From positions 1 through 42,343 of IMG/VR virus record IMGVR_UViG_3300037424_001802: a stretch of 42,343 nt of DNA, one strand, 5' to 3'. How positions within the stretch are numbered: position 1 is the stretch's first letter; each line of letters starts with the position of its first letter. The translations under genes and the position numbers were made by a program. Positions 8,767-18,661 of this stretch are shown here, in pieces. This DNA comes from a virus (lineage: Duplodnaviria > Caudoviricetes). The notes under the pieces are model-generated. The model was not told the DNA's origin. It was given only the letters and a program-made list of their open reading frames with translations, and did not search any database.

Positions 8767-10218
8767 ATGGCAAATAAACAAGACAACCTTATTTTTACTC
8801 AAAGACATCCTGATTTAAAAGACAGGCTTGATATATGGGAGCTCGTATATGATTCATATGTCGGTGGTTACAATTATAAATGTGGGAGTTATTTAATTAA
8901 ATACCCTAAAGAGTCCCTGGGTTCTTTCAATAAAAGAAAAGAAAGAGCAGTCTACTTTAATCAATTATCTCCCGTTGTTGATATGGTAAGTGGATTCTTA
9001 TTTCTAAACCAACCATACAGAGAAGTTCCGAAAGAATTAAATTATCTCTTAAATTCTGTTTCTGGCAATAAAAAGATGGATGAGTTTATGCGTTTAATTT
9101 GTGCGTATTCATTCATGTTCACTTGTGGTATTCTTATTGATAGTCCGTCTTATGACCCTAATGTGATAAAAACAAAAAGGGATAGAATTGATAATAAAAT
9201 AAACCCTTATGCAGTTTTTTATCTTCCCTTCCAAATTCGTAATTTTAATATAAATAAAACTGATGGCGAATTAGACTGGGTATTATTAGATAATTCATAT
9301 TATGACCAGACAGACCCTTTCGCGGATGGGCAAACTATATTCAAATATACGTTATGGACCCGTACTACAAGCCAGAACTTTATTAAAAAGGGTTTAAAAG
9401 GAACGATTGAGACTGAAGAAGAACATCCACATGGTTTAGGTATGGTACCATTTAGATTCACGAGCTGGAGAGATGACAATAATGATTTTATTGCGGAAAC
9501 AGTTTGTGAAGACATTGCAATGATATCAAAACTCATATATAACAATATGAGTTACATGGACGAAATGTTAGCATCCGGAACATTTAAGATGTTAGCGTAT
9601 CCATCTGAGGATGGTGAAGTCCCGGATGAATTGAAAACAGGTGGAGTTGGTCCGTTATCTGTTATTTCGTATCTTGCCACTTCCGGTTCCGCCCCTCATT
9701 TTATTGGCGCGGAACTCACAGGAATAGATCCTTTTATAAAAGCTATTAATTTTTATATGACAGAAATTCTTAAAAAGGTTGGATTATCAACTGATGAAAT
9801 GAAAGAATTTGTAAAGTCTGGTATGGCTAAAAAAATAGATATGCAAAAGATGAGAGCGCTGCTTATATCCGGGGCACAGATGATGGGTAAAGTAGAGGAG
9901 TGGATTTATGCTACCGCTGCAAAGTGGGAGAAAAAAGATTTACAAGGTAAAGCAGAATATACAATAAATTTGTCGGATGAAGATCTCCAGGCTGAGATGA
10001 CAATGTTTACGGAGATGATGGTCCATCCTATTAAGTCTTTACAGAAAGAAATATTAAAATTAAAAACAAAAAAACTACTTGCTAATTATTTAAAGCCTGA
10101 TATATTAGAAATGATAAACAAAGATATAGATAAAAGCGATACTATATCAATAGAGGACAATAATGTTGCAGAAACGTCTGCAAATGTTGTAAATAAAACA
10201 AAGAGTCAAGAAAAGTAA
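8767..10218 (+). CDS. Portal protein
   Basis: 483 aa; HP...W..V.D.Y.GG...YL.KYPKES...RKERAVYFN and HPHGLGMVPF; first gene of the head module. Confidence 0.88.
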   Translation: MANKQDNLIFTQRHPDLKDRLDIWELVYDSYVGGYNYKCGSYLIKYPKESLGSFNKRKERAVYFNQLSPVVDMVSGFLFLNQPYREVPKELNYLLNSVSGNKKMDEFMRLICAYSFMFTCGILIDSPSYDPNVIKTKRDRIDNKINPYAVFYLPFQIRNFNINKTDGELDWVLLDNSYYDQTDPFADGQTIFKYTLWTRTTSQNFIKKGLKGTIETEEEHPHGLGMVPFRFTSWRDDNNDFIAETVCEDIAMISKLIYNNMSYMDEMLASGTFKMLAYPSEDGEVPDELKTGGVGPLSVISYLATSGSAPHFIGAELTGIDPFIKAINFYMTEILKKVGLSTDEMKEFVKSGMAKKIDMQKMRALLISGAQMMGKVEEWIYATAAKWEKKDLQGKAEYTINLSDEDLQAEMTMFTEMMVHPIKSLQKEILKLKTKKLLANYLKPDILEMINKDIDKSDTISIEDNNVAETSANVVNKTKSQEK

Positions 10219-10230
10219 AGGAGAGTAAGT

Positions 10231-11148
10231 ATGAGTAGGTTTTACAAAAAGGTTTCCAATGCACCGGAAAGTTTTGAATTAATTCCGGGAAAGGATTTTG
10301 ATTTTCCTTTTGGATTACAAAGATTTGCAGAGGGAGATGGTATAGGAGATGGTACGGGTACCGGAGAAGGTGATGGTGCTGTAGATGGTACTGGGAATGG
10401 TAATGGTACTGGAGATGCTAAAAAGGCTAAACCAGAATTTGTGGAGAAGTTAGACCCGATTACTAAGAAGCTTGTTAAGATTCCGAAAGAGGTGGATTCG
10501 CTTATAGGACATTATATTAGTTCTACAAGAGAGAATGCAAAAAAAGATTATGAACCTCTTTTGGAAAAGATAAATACTCTGGAATCAGAGAATAAGGAAT
10601 TCACTGCTGTTAAAGAGGAACTTGAAAAATTACGTTTTGAGAATATGACGGCAGATGAACGAGCTCAGGAGAATGTAAAAAAGGTTGTTAGAGAATCTAA
10701 TAACGCTGTTAAGACAGCAAGTGAGGAAAGAGATTATTTTAAAAATCTGTTTGAGAGGCAGACTATTAAAAATGATATTTATTCTTCATTTGGTAATGTA
10801 AAATTATGTAATACTGAACAGGTCATGGTTCTTTTTGAGTCAGAGGGAAAAGCAAGAGTCGAAAAGATTATTGGAGACGATGGAAAACCCACTGGGGAAT
10901 ATGAGACAAGGGTAACTTTAATGCTTGAAGACAAGGATAAATATGTCGAAAAAGTTGAAGGGAACCCGAAAGAATTGTTTAAGAGATGGATTGCATTGGA
11001 AAGAAATGCACATCATATTCAAAATGATATCGCTATTGGAAGCGGCGCGATGAAGAGTAAAACCATTATGAAAGACGGTAAGAAAGTTGATTTAATGGGA
11101 TTGTCGCCGGTTGAAAGACTTAATGCTGTGAGAGAGCATAAAGGTTAA
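10231..11148 (+). CDS. Capsid scaffolding protein
   Basis: LQRFAE followed by a Gly/Asp/Thr low-complexity stretch and coiled coil; lies between portal and capsid. Confidence 0.8.
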   Translation: MSRFYKKVSNAPESFELIPGKDFDFPFGLQRFAEGDGIGDGTGTGEGDGAVDGTGNGNGTGDAKKAKPEFVEKLDPITKKLVKIPKEVDSLIGHYISSTRENAKKDYEPLLEKINTLESENKEFTAVKEELEKLRFENMTADERAQENVKKVVRESNNAVKTASEERDYFKNLFERQTIKNDIYSSFGNVKLCNTEQVMVLFESEGKARVEKIIGDDGKPTGEYETRVTLMLEDKDKYVEKVEGNPKELFKRWIALERNAHHIQNDIAIGSGAMKSKTIMKDGKKVDLMGLSPVERLNAVREHKG

Positions 11149-11188
11149 TTTAGTATAATACAGAGCAAGTGAGGCCAGAGCGAAAATT

Positions 11189-11207
11189 TCTACAATTGTA
11201 GAGGAGG
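11189..11207 (+). promoter_or_regulatory. 14-bp palindrome overlapping the capsid RBS
   Basis: TCTACAATTGTAGA (11189-11202) runs into GAGGAGG. Confidence 0.4.
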
Positions 11208-11217
11208 AAAATTATAA

Positions 11218-12147
11218 ATGGCACTCACATTAGTTGAAGCTGCAAAACTTTACGCAGGAGATCCTATCCGCTCCGCTATCATAGAACTCTATGCTAGAAA
11301 TTCGGATATACTTAGAACCCTTCCTTTTATGGAAATACAAGGAAACGCTTATAAGTATAATAGGGAAGAAACATTACCTGGTATCGGATTCAGGGGTGTT
11401 AATGAAGGTTATACAGAAAGTACAGGTATATTAAATCCGATAACTGAACCGCTTGTAATCGCCGGTGGTGATCTTGATGTTGACAAGTTTATTGTTGATA
11501 CCATGGGAGCCAATCAGAGAAGTGTTCAGGAAGCAATGAAAGTTAAGGCTCTGTCTCTTAACTGGACTTTAAAATTCATCAAAGGTGATCAGACAACTGA
11601 GCCTAGAGAATTTGACGGTCTTCAGGTTCGTTGCGTAGGTAATCAGGTTATTGGTGCTGGAACTACTTCCGGTGGAGATGCTTTATCGTTAGCAAAACTC
11701 GATGAACTCATTGACGCTGTTGATAGCCCGCAATATTTGATTATGAACAAAACGATGAGACGTAGATTAACTCAGGCTTCGAGAACTTATACTGTTGGTG
11801 GTTTTATTACTTATTCACAAGATGAGTTTGGTAGAACACAGACGGTATATAATGATCTGCCTATTTTAATAGCTGATCAGGATAACGAAGGGAACCAGAT
11901 TCTTCCGATTACAGAAGTATCTTATAACGGTGGAACTTCAACAAGTACATCTATTTATTGTGTATCTTTTGGAGACGGTATGTTAATGGGTCTTCAAAAT
12001 GGCGGAATGGATGTAAGAGATCTTGGAGAGATTCAGACAAAACCTTGTTTCAGAACTCGTGTTGAATGGTACAATGGTTTAGCTGTATTTAATGGTAAAG
12101 CGGCTGCAAGACTTCGTTACATATCTAACGCTGCTGTGGTAGCATAA
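11218..12147 (+). CDS. Major capsid protein (HK97 fold)
   Basis: MALTLVEAAK, YNREETLPG..FRGVNE, GGDLDVDKF, EFDGL, RTRVEWY.GLA; 309 aa. Confidence 0.93.
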   Translation: MALTLVEAAKLYAGDPIRSAIIELYARNSDILRTLPFMEIQGNAYKYNREETLPGIGFRGVNEGYTESTGILNPITEPLVIAGGDLDVDKFIVDTMGANQRSVQEAMKVKALSLNWTLKFIKGDQTTEPREFDGLQVRCVGNQVIGAGTTSGGDALSLAKLDELIDAVDSPQYLIMNKTMRRRLTQASRTYTVGGFITYSQDEFGRTQTVYNDLPILIADQDNEGNQILPITEVSYNGGTSTSTSIYCVSFGDGMLMGLQNGGMDVRDLGEIQTKPCFRTRVEWYNGLAVFNGKAAARLRYISNAAVVA

Positions 12148-12159
12148 GGAGGATGATAA

Positions 12160-12612
12160 ATGTCTACAAATAGAAAAACAAGAACTTACGATCACGCCCT
12201 TTTGCTCCATGATGGCGCTGCTTTAAGCGCCAGTGCGGCAGGTAATGTTGCCACTGTTGCAAGAATTCTTGATTTGGGCGCTGGATTAGTTGAAGGGGAT
12301 ATCATAATTGATGTCTCTGCAATGGATGTGAACAATACTGATGAAATGATTACAGTATGTGCTCAAATAAGTGATAGCGCGACTTTTGCTTCAGCAATTT
12401 ATGAAGCATGTAACCTTCGTTTAGGCTACGCAACTACTCTTGGGACAGCAAGTACAGGATGTGATGTTGATAGAACTACCGGAAGATTTATTCTTCCGTT
12501 TAGAAATGAGATCGAGGGTGGTGTACAAAAACGTTATCTCAGATTATATTTCATGGAAACTGGAACCACAACTACATTTGATTGTGTAGCGTGGTTATCA
12601 AAGAGGTCGTAA
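12160..12612 (+). CDS. Capsid cement/decoration protein 1 (Bbp16-like)
   Basis: Directly after the capsid gene; YD..LLL, ILDLG and KRYLRLY motifs. Confidence 0.75.
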   Translation: MSTNRKTRTYDHALLLHDGAALSASAAGNVATVARILDLGAGLVEGDIIIDVSAMDVNNTDEMITVCAQISDSATFASAIYEACNLRLGYATTLGTASTGCDVDRTTGRFILPFRNEIEGGVQKRYLRLYFMETGTTTTFDCVAWLSKRS

Positions 12613-12624
12613 AAGGAGAAGAAG

Positions 12625-13056
12625 ATGTCTAAAGTTACAAAAACTTATGATAATAATCTTCTTTTAAAAGACGCTGGTCTTATTGCCTCATCACAAGCTT
12701 GTAAAGTTGGTGGGGCAGCTAAGATCCTTGATATTGGTTCTGGAGCTATGGAAGGGGATGTGATTATAGATGTTACTGCTTGTGAAATAGCGAGTAACGA
12801 TGAGTCATATCAGATTGGTGTTCAAGTGAGTAGTGATAGCGCTTTCGCTTCTGATTATTATGAAGTTGCTTCTTTATCTATCGGGGCTCTTGAAATTATT
12901 CCCGGTGATATAGATATGGAAACTGGCAGATATGTTATTAGATTCAGAAATACTATTGCTGAAAATGTAACGAAAAGATATCTAAGGCTATATGTTACCG
13001 TTGTAGGTACTATTTCTACAGGTATCAATTTTGTGGCATATTTGGCTAAGAGATAA
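12625..13056 (+). CDS. Capsid cement/decoration protein 2 (paralog)
   Basis: TYDNNLLLKDAGL...ILDIG...KRYLRLYVTV.G...GINFVAYL. Confidence 0.75.
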   Translation: MSKVTKTYDNNLLLKDAGLIASSQACKVGGAAKILDIGSGAMEGDVIIDVTACEIASNDESYQIGVQVSSDSAFASDYYEVASLSIGALEIIPGDIDMETGRYVIRFRNTIAENVTKRYLRLYVTVVGTISTGINFVAYLAKR

Positions 13057-13068
13057 GGAGGAGATAGA

Positions 13069-13800
13069 ATGTCTAAAGTTACAAAGTCTTATGATAATGA
13101 TCTTCTTCTTAAAGATGCTGGATTAGTAGCTGCATCTGCCGCATGTCAGGTTGATTCTGCTGATCAGATTATAGACCTTGGTGTTGGTTTGGTTGAAGGT
13201 GATATAGTAATTGATGTCACAGCTTGTGAAGTTGTAACAGGAAATGAAATATATCGTATTGGAGCTCAAATAAGTAGCGATGATGGTTTTGCTTCTGATT
13301 ATTATGAAGTTGCCACTTTGTTTCTGGGATCTGCTGGAACTGCGATAGCTTCTTCTAGCCCTAGTTCGAGTGCAAGTTCTTCACCGAGTTCAACTGCCAG
13401 CCCAAGCGCTTCTGTAAGTTCAAGTCCTAGTACTTCACCAAGTTCGAGTGCAAGTTCTTCACCGAGTTCAAGTGCAAGTCCAAGTACTTCACCAAGCTCG
13501 AGTCCTAGTTCTTCACCAAGTCATAGTGCAAGTTCTTCACCGAGTTCAAGTGATAGCCCAAGTGCTTCAGTAAGCTCAAGCCCAAGTTCTTCAGCAAGCT
13601 CAAGTCCAAGTGCTTCTACTTTTTCAGCAGTAGCACATATACCTGGGGATACTAACATGGGTGTTGGCCGGTATATCATGAAGTTCAGAAATGCAATAGC
13701 TGATAACACAACAAAAAGATATTTAAGATTATATGTTACAGTTAGCGGTACAGTAGCAACAGGAATAAATTTTGTTGCATATCTGTCAAAGCAAGGTTAA
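13069..13800 (+). CDS. Capsid cement/decoration protein 3 with internal Ser/Pro tract
   Basis: Close paralog of 12625..13056 with about 90 aa of SSSP repeats inserted. Confidence 0.75.
   Translation: MSKVTKSYDNDLLLKDAGLVAASAACQVDSADQIIDLGVGLVEGDIVIDVTACEVVTGNEIYRIGAQISSDDGFASDYYEVATLFLGSAGTAIASSSPSSSASSSPSSTASPSASVSSSPSTSPSSSASSSPSSSASPSTSPSSSPSSSPSHSASSSPSSSDSPSASVSSSPSSSASSSPSASTFSAVAHIPGDTNMGVGRYIMKFRNAIADNTTKRYLRLYVTVSGTVATGINFVAYLSKQG
13351..13620 (+). repeat. Ser/Pro (SSSP/SASSSP) coding repeat tract 1
   Basis: 90 codons, almost only S, P, A and T. Confidence 0.95.
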
Positions 13801-13823
13801 GAAAGAAGATTTTATCAAAATAA

Positions 13824-13859
13824 AATTTATCCCTTTGTGTTAAAGCAGAGGGATAAATT
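13824..13859 (+). terminator. Long hairpin after the capsid/cement genes (terminator or mRNA stabiliser)
   Basis: AATTTATCCCTTTG pairs with CAGAGGGATAAATT; no U-tract follows on the + strand. Confidence 0.5.
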
Positions 13860-13888
13860 AAAAACAAAAAAACAAGGAAAACAAGAAA

Positions 13889-14224
13889 ATGAAATTAGAG
13901 ACAAATGAAAATGGAAAGATTGTTTTAATTAAAAAAAGTACGATGGAAGAAGTAGAATTCGACTATCAAGTTGACGCAAGGGAAGCGATTCTTCAAACAG
14001 ATAAAAATACCGGAGATTCATGTTATATCGTTCCGGAAACCAAGAAGAAAAAATTCTCTGCTCCAAAGAATGTTGAGTCGGTCGAAGAAAAGGTTAAGAA
14101 GCCCGGTTTAAAAGTAGGACCTGGTCGTAAACCAAAAGAAATTATAAAAGATAATGATGAAAATCCAGAATCTACAAATGATGATGTTAAAGACGATGAT
14201 AAAGATTCTGGAGATGAAGTATAA
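13889..14224 (+). CDS. Hypothetical head-region protein with charged, disordered C-terminus
   Basis: 111 aa; Lys-rich then Asp-rich tail. Confidence 0.7.
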   Translation: MKLETNENGKIVLIKKSTMEEVEFDYQVDAREAILQTDKNTGDSCYIVPETKKKKFSAPKNVESVEEKVKKPGLKVGPGRKPKEIIKDNDENPESTNDDVKDDDKDSGDEV

Positions 14225-14249
14225 AATACTTATAGATAAAGAATAACAA

Positions 14250-14756
14250 ATGTTTAGTGCAACCAATACAGTCGAAGATGTAAAAAGTAAACTCGTAAAT
14301 GGTTATACTTTTTATAGTTTTGCCTCTGATAACGACTATGATGAATTCATAGAAAATATCGCGGAAGATGTAGGAATACTTTATTTTTATCCGCGAATAG
14401 GGTCAACTGAATATGCTCGTATCGTAGCAAAAGATAAGGTTGGACTTGATGATTATGAAACTTATTTGTATTGGGCTGAAGTATATGCAATCTGTTATGA
14501 ATTTTTAAGATTTAAGGAATATACAGCCGGACAATTACAAACCTCTACACAGGAAACTATTAAGGTAGAAGGGTATAGCTATTCTTCCGGAGGAGTCTCA
14601 GGTGCATCCTCCGGAAACCGGTCTAAAAAAGGATATTATAATTTATTTTTGAAATATTTTAAATTAGCTGGTTATGATTATTCCGGACTGGAAAGAACTT
14701 GTACAATTTTTGGTACTTCTGATGTAGATGATTCTGTTTTAAATATAATATATTAG
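14250..14756 (+). CDS. Putative head-tail adaptor
   Basis: Position, and a QETIKVEGYSYS beta-hairpin typical of adaptors. Confidence 0.6.
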   Translation: MFSATNTVEDVKSKLVNGYTFYSFASDNDYDEFIENIAEDVGILYFYPRIGSTEYARIVAKDKVGLDDYETYLYWAEVYAICYEFLRFKEYTAGQLQTSTQETIKVEGYSYSSGGVSGASSGNRSKKGYYNLFLKYFKLAGYDYSGLERTCTIFGTSDVDDSVLNIIY

Positions 14757-14766
14757 GTGAAGTATA

Positions 14767-15753
14767 ATGGATCTGGCTTCTCCTGTAACTTTTTACGATT
14801 TAAAAAATATAACGGATGAAGATTTAAAAAAGCTTCGGGAAATGTTAGAAACAGGTTATGTCCAGGAAGCTCTGGATATGTTTACAAGAGAATATATAAC
14901 TGCTCCGGCTGAAGATTATCAGGATACAATGGTAAGGTATCTGGATGACGCGGACGATGACATTTATTCAATCCGGGAAAAAAATAATATGTTGCGTAAT
15001 GTTTCCCTTTTGACTATAGGGTTATCCTCTTTACTAATTTCAAACTTCAAAAAATTCGTGAAAGATTCTTATTCTGAAAGTGTTTTTCAGTCCGCTAGTA
15101 TGAGAAACCCAGATGCAAAAAAAATAATTCTTGATGAAGTAATATCTAAATTTGAGCAGACAACAACTGGTGCGTTAGCGCGGACAAATTCTTTTGTTTC
15201 AAGCAGTATCCATGCATTACAAAAAGAATCGATACTTGAAAATTTAAAAGTTAAAAGATCAGGAATAGCAGGAGAAGTTTTAGCCGAGGAACATTCTGCT
15301 TTCCAAAAGCTTTTAAAAGATAAATATCCGGATATCTACAAAGCAATAAATAACGGGAACATTGTTACAATACAAAAAATGAGTAAGGATGGGATAACAA
15401 CCACTCATTTTAAGCTGGACTATTATATAGAGATGGCAGTTCGTGATATTATTTTAAATGTGGATAGGAATGCTGTTTTAAGTTCCGCTTTGATAAACGA
15501 AGAAAGGGTCGTGGAATACTTTCTTGCGGATCCACGTCATGTTAAGCAGGATAGGATCATATGTCAGGAGATTTTACATAAATTAACATTAGGAAAGGCA
15601 TTGCTCGGAACGGATGATGAAATTTCTAGATTGCTAGGGATTATGTCAATAACAGAAGCGCAATCTCAATCCGCACTCTCATGGAATTGCAGGCACTCAT
15701 TTAAAAGAGTATCTAAAGAATTTTTAAAAGAGATAGATAAATTAATAGGATAG
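14767..15753 (+). CDS. Minor capsid / head morphogenesis protein (MuF/minor capsid 2-like)
   Basis: LDYYIEMAVR...ICQ...WNCRHSF. Confidence 0.7.
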   Translation: MDLASPVTFYDLKNITDEDLKKLREMLETGYVQEALDMFTREYITAPAEDYQDTMVRYLDDADDDIYSIREKNNMLRNVSLLTIGLSSLLISNFKKFVKDSYSESVFQSASMRNPDAKKIILDEVISKFEQTTTGALARTNSFVSSSIHALQKESILENLKVKRSGIAGEVLAEEHSAFQKLLKDKYPDIYKAINNGNIVTIQKMSKDGITTTHFKLDYYIEMAVRDIILNVDRNAVLSSALINEERVVEYFLADPRHVKQDRIICQEILHKLTLGKALLGTDDEISRLLGIMSITEAQSQSALSWNCRHSFKRVSKEFLKEIDKLIG

Positions 15754-15757
15754 AAAT

Positions 15758-16501
15758 ATGAAAGAAATATTTAGAGATATTGAAAGATATGAAGGTTTGT
15801 ATCAAATCAGTAATTTTGGTCAAGTAAAAAGTTTAAAAAGAATAGATTTAAATAATCACTTATTAGAAGAAAAAATTTTGAAGAACAGTCTTACTCTAAA
15901 AGGTTATTTTCAAACAGCTTTATATAAAGACAGTAAAGTTGCTCGTTTTGCTACTCATCGTCTTGTAGCACAAGCATTTATTCCTAACTTAGAAAATAAA
16001 CCTCAAATTAATCATAAAAATGGGGTTAAAATATGTAATGAAGTTTGGAATTTAGAATGGGTAACGGCGAAAGAAAACACTTGTCATGCAGAAAAAATGA
16101 ATTTAAGAAATTCTAAAGGTGAGAATAATTTTACTTCAAAATTAAAAAACGAGGAAATCATAAAAATTAGAAACGAGTGTAAAAAATATACTGTTCCAAT
16201 TTTATCTAAAAAATATAATATAGATGAAATAACAATATGGAGAATAATAAAAGGGGAGGCTTGGAATCATATTCCTTATTTTGAAAAAGAAGAAAATATT
16301 AAATTTTTTAATAGTGAAGAATACAAACTATTAAAAAGCAGACAAAGAAAAAATGTTAAACTTTCTGAAAGAGAAGTAAAAGAGATTTTAAGATTAAAAG
16401 GGAAGCGTCCTCAAAAAATAATAGCTAAATTTTATAATATAAGTAAAGATCATGTAAAAGGAATCCATCGAAGAAAAGTATGGTCCTGGGTGGAGGTATA
16501 A
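15758..16501 (+). CDS. NUMOD4-HNH homing endonuclease with two C-terminal HTH repeats
   Basis: EIFRDIERYEGLYQISNFGQVKS; HRLVAQAFIPN.ENKPQINHKNGVK..N.VWNLEW. Confidence 0.92.
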   Translation: MKEIFRDIERYEGLYQISNFGQVKSLKRIDLNNHLLEEKILKNSLTLKGYFQTALYKDSKVARFATHRLVAQAFIPNLENKPQINHKNGVKICNEVWNLEWVTAKENTCHAEKMNLRNSKGENNFTSKLKNEEIIKIRNECKKYTVPILSKKYNIDEITIWRIIKGEAWNHIPYFEKEENIKFFNSEEYKLLKSRQRKNVKLSEREVKEILRLKGKRPQKIIAKFYNISKDHVKGIHRRKVWSWVEV

Positions 16502-16504
16502 AAA

Positions 16505-16909
16505 TTGGCATTTATTGATGGAATGAGCCCTTCCAATCTAACCAGAGCTCAAGGGCATGTAAGTACAGCTTGTACTCTTGGTACAAATATTGAAATTATT
16601 AAAGCGGACACCAAAGATGAAACTGGCTCTGCCCTGACGGAGACTGTTCTTACTTTAAAAGCATTCCCTATTCGTCTTAGCCCCTATCCCCGGGATGTTT
16701 CACAAAAAATAGGATGGGTAGAGGATACGGATATATTAGCATATTGTTCTAAAAAGACTATTTATGATTTAGGTTACGAGATAGAAAATTTAAGACGCTA
16801 TTTTAAAAAGATGAGAGTTGATAAAAAATCTTACGATATTCGTTATATAGAATTTTATAGCCAATTTGCTAATGACTGGCTTTACATTATCTTCGGGGGA
16901 AAGAGATAA
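16505..16909 (+). CDS. Putative head-closure protein
   Basis: 134 aa, beta-rich, neck position; TTG start after GGAGG. Confidence 0.55.
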   Translation: MAFIDGMSPSNLTRAQGHVSTACTLGTNIEIIKADTKDETGSALTETVLTLKAFPIRLSPYPRDVSQKIGWVEDTDILAYCSKKTIYDLGYEIENLRRYFKKMRVDKKSYDIRYIEFYSQFANDWLYIIFGGKR

Positions 16910-17577
16910 TGTTAGGTGCTCATTTAGATAAATCTACTTTCGATGCCTTTGTAAAAGACTTGAAAAAGTTAGGGCATATAATTGCAAGCCCGAATATGCA
17001 GTTATACCGGGCACAAAAATATAGAGAGTTTACAATAAATATGGTTAAAAAAGGACAATTGGATTTGGAGCCATTGTCCGAAGTTACGCAGATGCTTACG
17101 GGTGTTCACAACCCTTTATATAAAACAGGGACATTAGTCGATTATATGGGAATAAAGCCAATAGGTAAGAATGCGGCGGAATGCGGATACTGGGGAGCAA
17201 ATAAAACAGGCAAACCGAATTTAGCACAAATAGCTATATTGCAAAGTACAGGATATAAAATTCCATTAACCGGTGAGAAGGGTAAACGTGTAAGAGCTTG
17301 GTTGGCAATGCATAATGTCCCGTTACAGAACAGTTATTCCCGGGCAAAGCCTAAAGGTGGAGATACTTATCTTGTGGTTCCGGCCAGACCTTGGATCATG
17401 ATTAGCTATTTTGCTTATGTTTTTTCTGGTGAAGATTTAAAAGCATGTAATGAATATATCGATAAACTTTTAAGCAGTCCGATTAATGATAATGGTGCGG
17501 GTATAACAAAAGGTATAATGAAAGATTCAATGGAGCCTGGAGAAGATGATTGGAAACTATGGGGAGGAGAAGAATAA
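16909..17577 (+). CDS. Neck / virion morphogenesis (tail completion) protein
   Basis: PLYKTGTL...IAILQSTG...VVPARPW. Confidence 0.7.
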   Translation: MLGAHLDKSTFDAFVKDLKKLGHIIASPNMQLYRAQKYREFTINMVKKGQLDLEPLSEVTQMLTGVHNPLYKTGTLVDYMGIKPIGKNAAECGYWGANKTGKPNLAQIAILQSTGYKIPLTGEKGKRVRAWLAMHNVPLQNSYSRAKPKGGDTYLVVPARPWIMISYFAYVFSGEDLKACNEYIDKLLSSPINDNGAGITKGIMKDSMEPGEDDWKLWGGEE

Positions 17578-18660
17578 ATGTTTACTGAATTCGTTTCACA
17601 AATCTTCACACCTGAAGACACAACAGTAGTCGTTAGCAACTTTGTAGAATCCAGTATAGATGGCTCAAGCCGGAGAATCGTTTACACAGACGCATTGAAT
17701 AAAACCTGCACTATCTCGTTTACTCCGGTTGATTTATCTACATGGGAAGAAATATCTTTTTACATTTACATTAAACCAATATTAACCTCTGCGGATATAT
17801 TTCGGATTACAGTCAACGGCATCGACTACGATTTTTCTCAAGCAGAGCTTACACAAAATCGCTGGTGCCAAATTCTTTTTGATTGTTCCGGAATGACAAC
17901 TATATCCTCTATTACTATTACAAGTCTGGTCGCAGATCTTACTATTTACATTGATTATATGGGTTATCGCAAAGTAACTTATAATGCCGATATGGATATA
18001 ATCACAGCATTAAAGGATCATATCAACCTCGATTATGATGTTTCAACTACTTTATCTGCTGCCGTAGCTGCCGGTGCAGCTTCTATATCTTTGGCTAATA
18101 AAGCGTATATAACCGATACCACTATTCTCGAAGTGGATAATGGAGCAGGAGTAATAGATGAGGTAGAATTGTTGGATAGAAGTGGTGGTTTGGTTAATCC
18201 TATCACTCATGCTTTTGCTTCCGGATCTGAAGTAAGGGCTATTTGTCCGGTAAGGGCTGAAGATTTTGATTCATTACAGCCTGACCCGATTTGTGGTGTT
18301 AAAATATATGATGTATCCGTGGATAAACAGGATACAACACAAAGAACAAAAAACGGGAACAAGATAAAAACATATCTTGGAAGTTTAGGAATTATTATAT
18401 ATATTGATTGTAGTAATAAAAAGAAACTATTACAAATGGCGAGAGAGTTTAGTTTCAAATATGGGAAAGAATTCCAGTTTTTATTGGACGGGGAACAGGT
18501 TGATATTTATATGGAGTCGTCAGTATTCGCGGATAATATGATAGGCAATAATCCAAGGATGGCTTATTATTATAGATTAGAACCTCAGCCGTATTTGTAT
18601 GTAAATAGAGGGACTATTAGTACTGTAAATTTAAGTTTAGAATCATCGGTATTAGGGTGA
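17578..18660 (+). CDS. Putative tail terminator with N-terminal carbohydrate-binding-like domain
   Basis: Position after the neck gene; N-terminal DLSTWEEISFYIY...WCQILFD...IYID beta-sandwich pattern. Confidence 0.5.
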   Translation: MFTEFVSQIFTPEDTTVVVSNFVESSIDGSSRRIVYTDALNKTCTISFTPVDLSTWEEISFYIYIKPILTSADIFRITVNGIDYDFSQAELTQNRWCQILFDCSGMTTISSITITSLVADLTIYIDYMGYRKVTYNADMDIITALKDHINLDYDVSTTLSAAVAAGAASISLANKAYITDTTILEVDNGAGVIDEVELLDRSGGLVNPITHAFASGSEVRAICPVRAEDFDSLQPDPICGVKIYDVSVDKQDTTQRTKNGNKIKTYLGSLGIIIYIDCSNKKKLLQMAREFSFKYGKEFQFLLDGEQVDIYMESSVFADNMIGNNPRMAYYYRLEPQPYLYVNRGTISTVNLSLESSVLG

Positions 18661-18661
18661 A

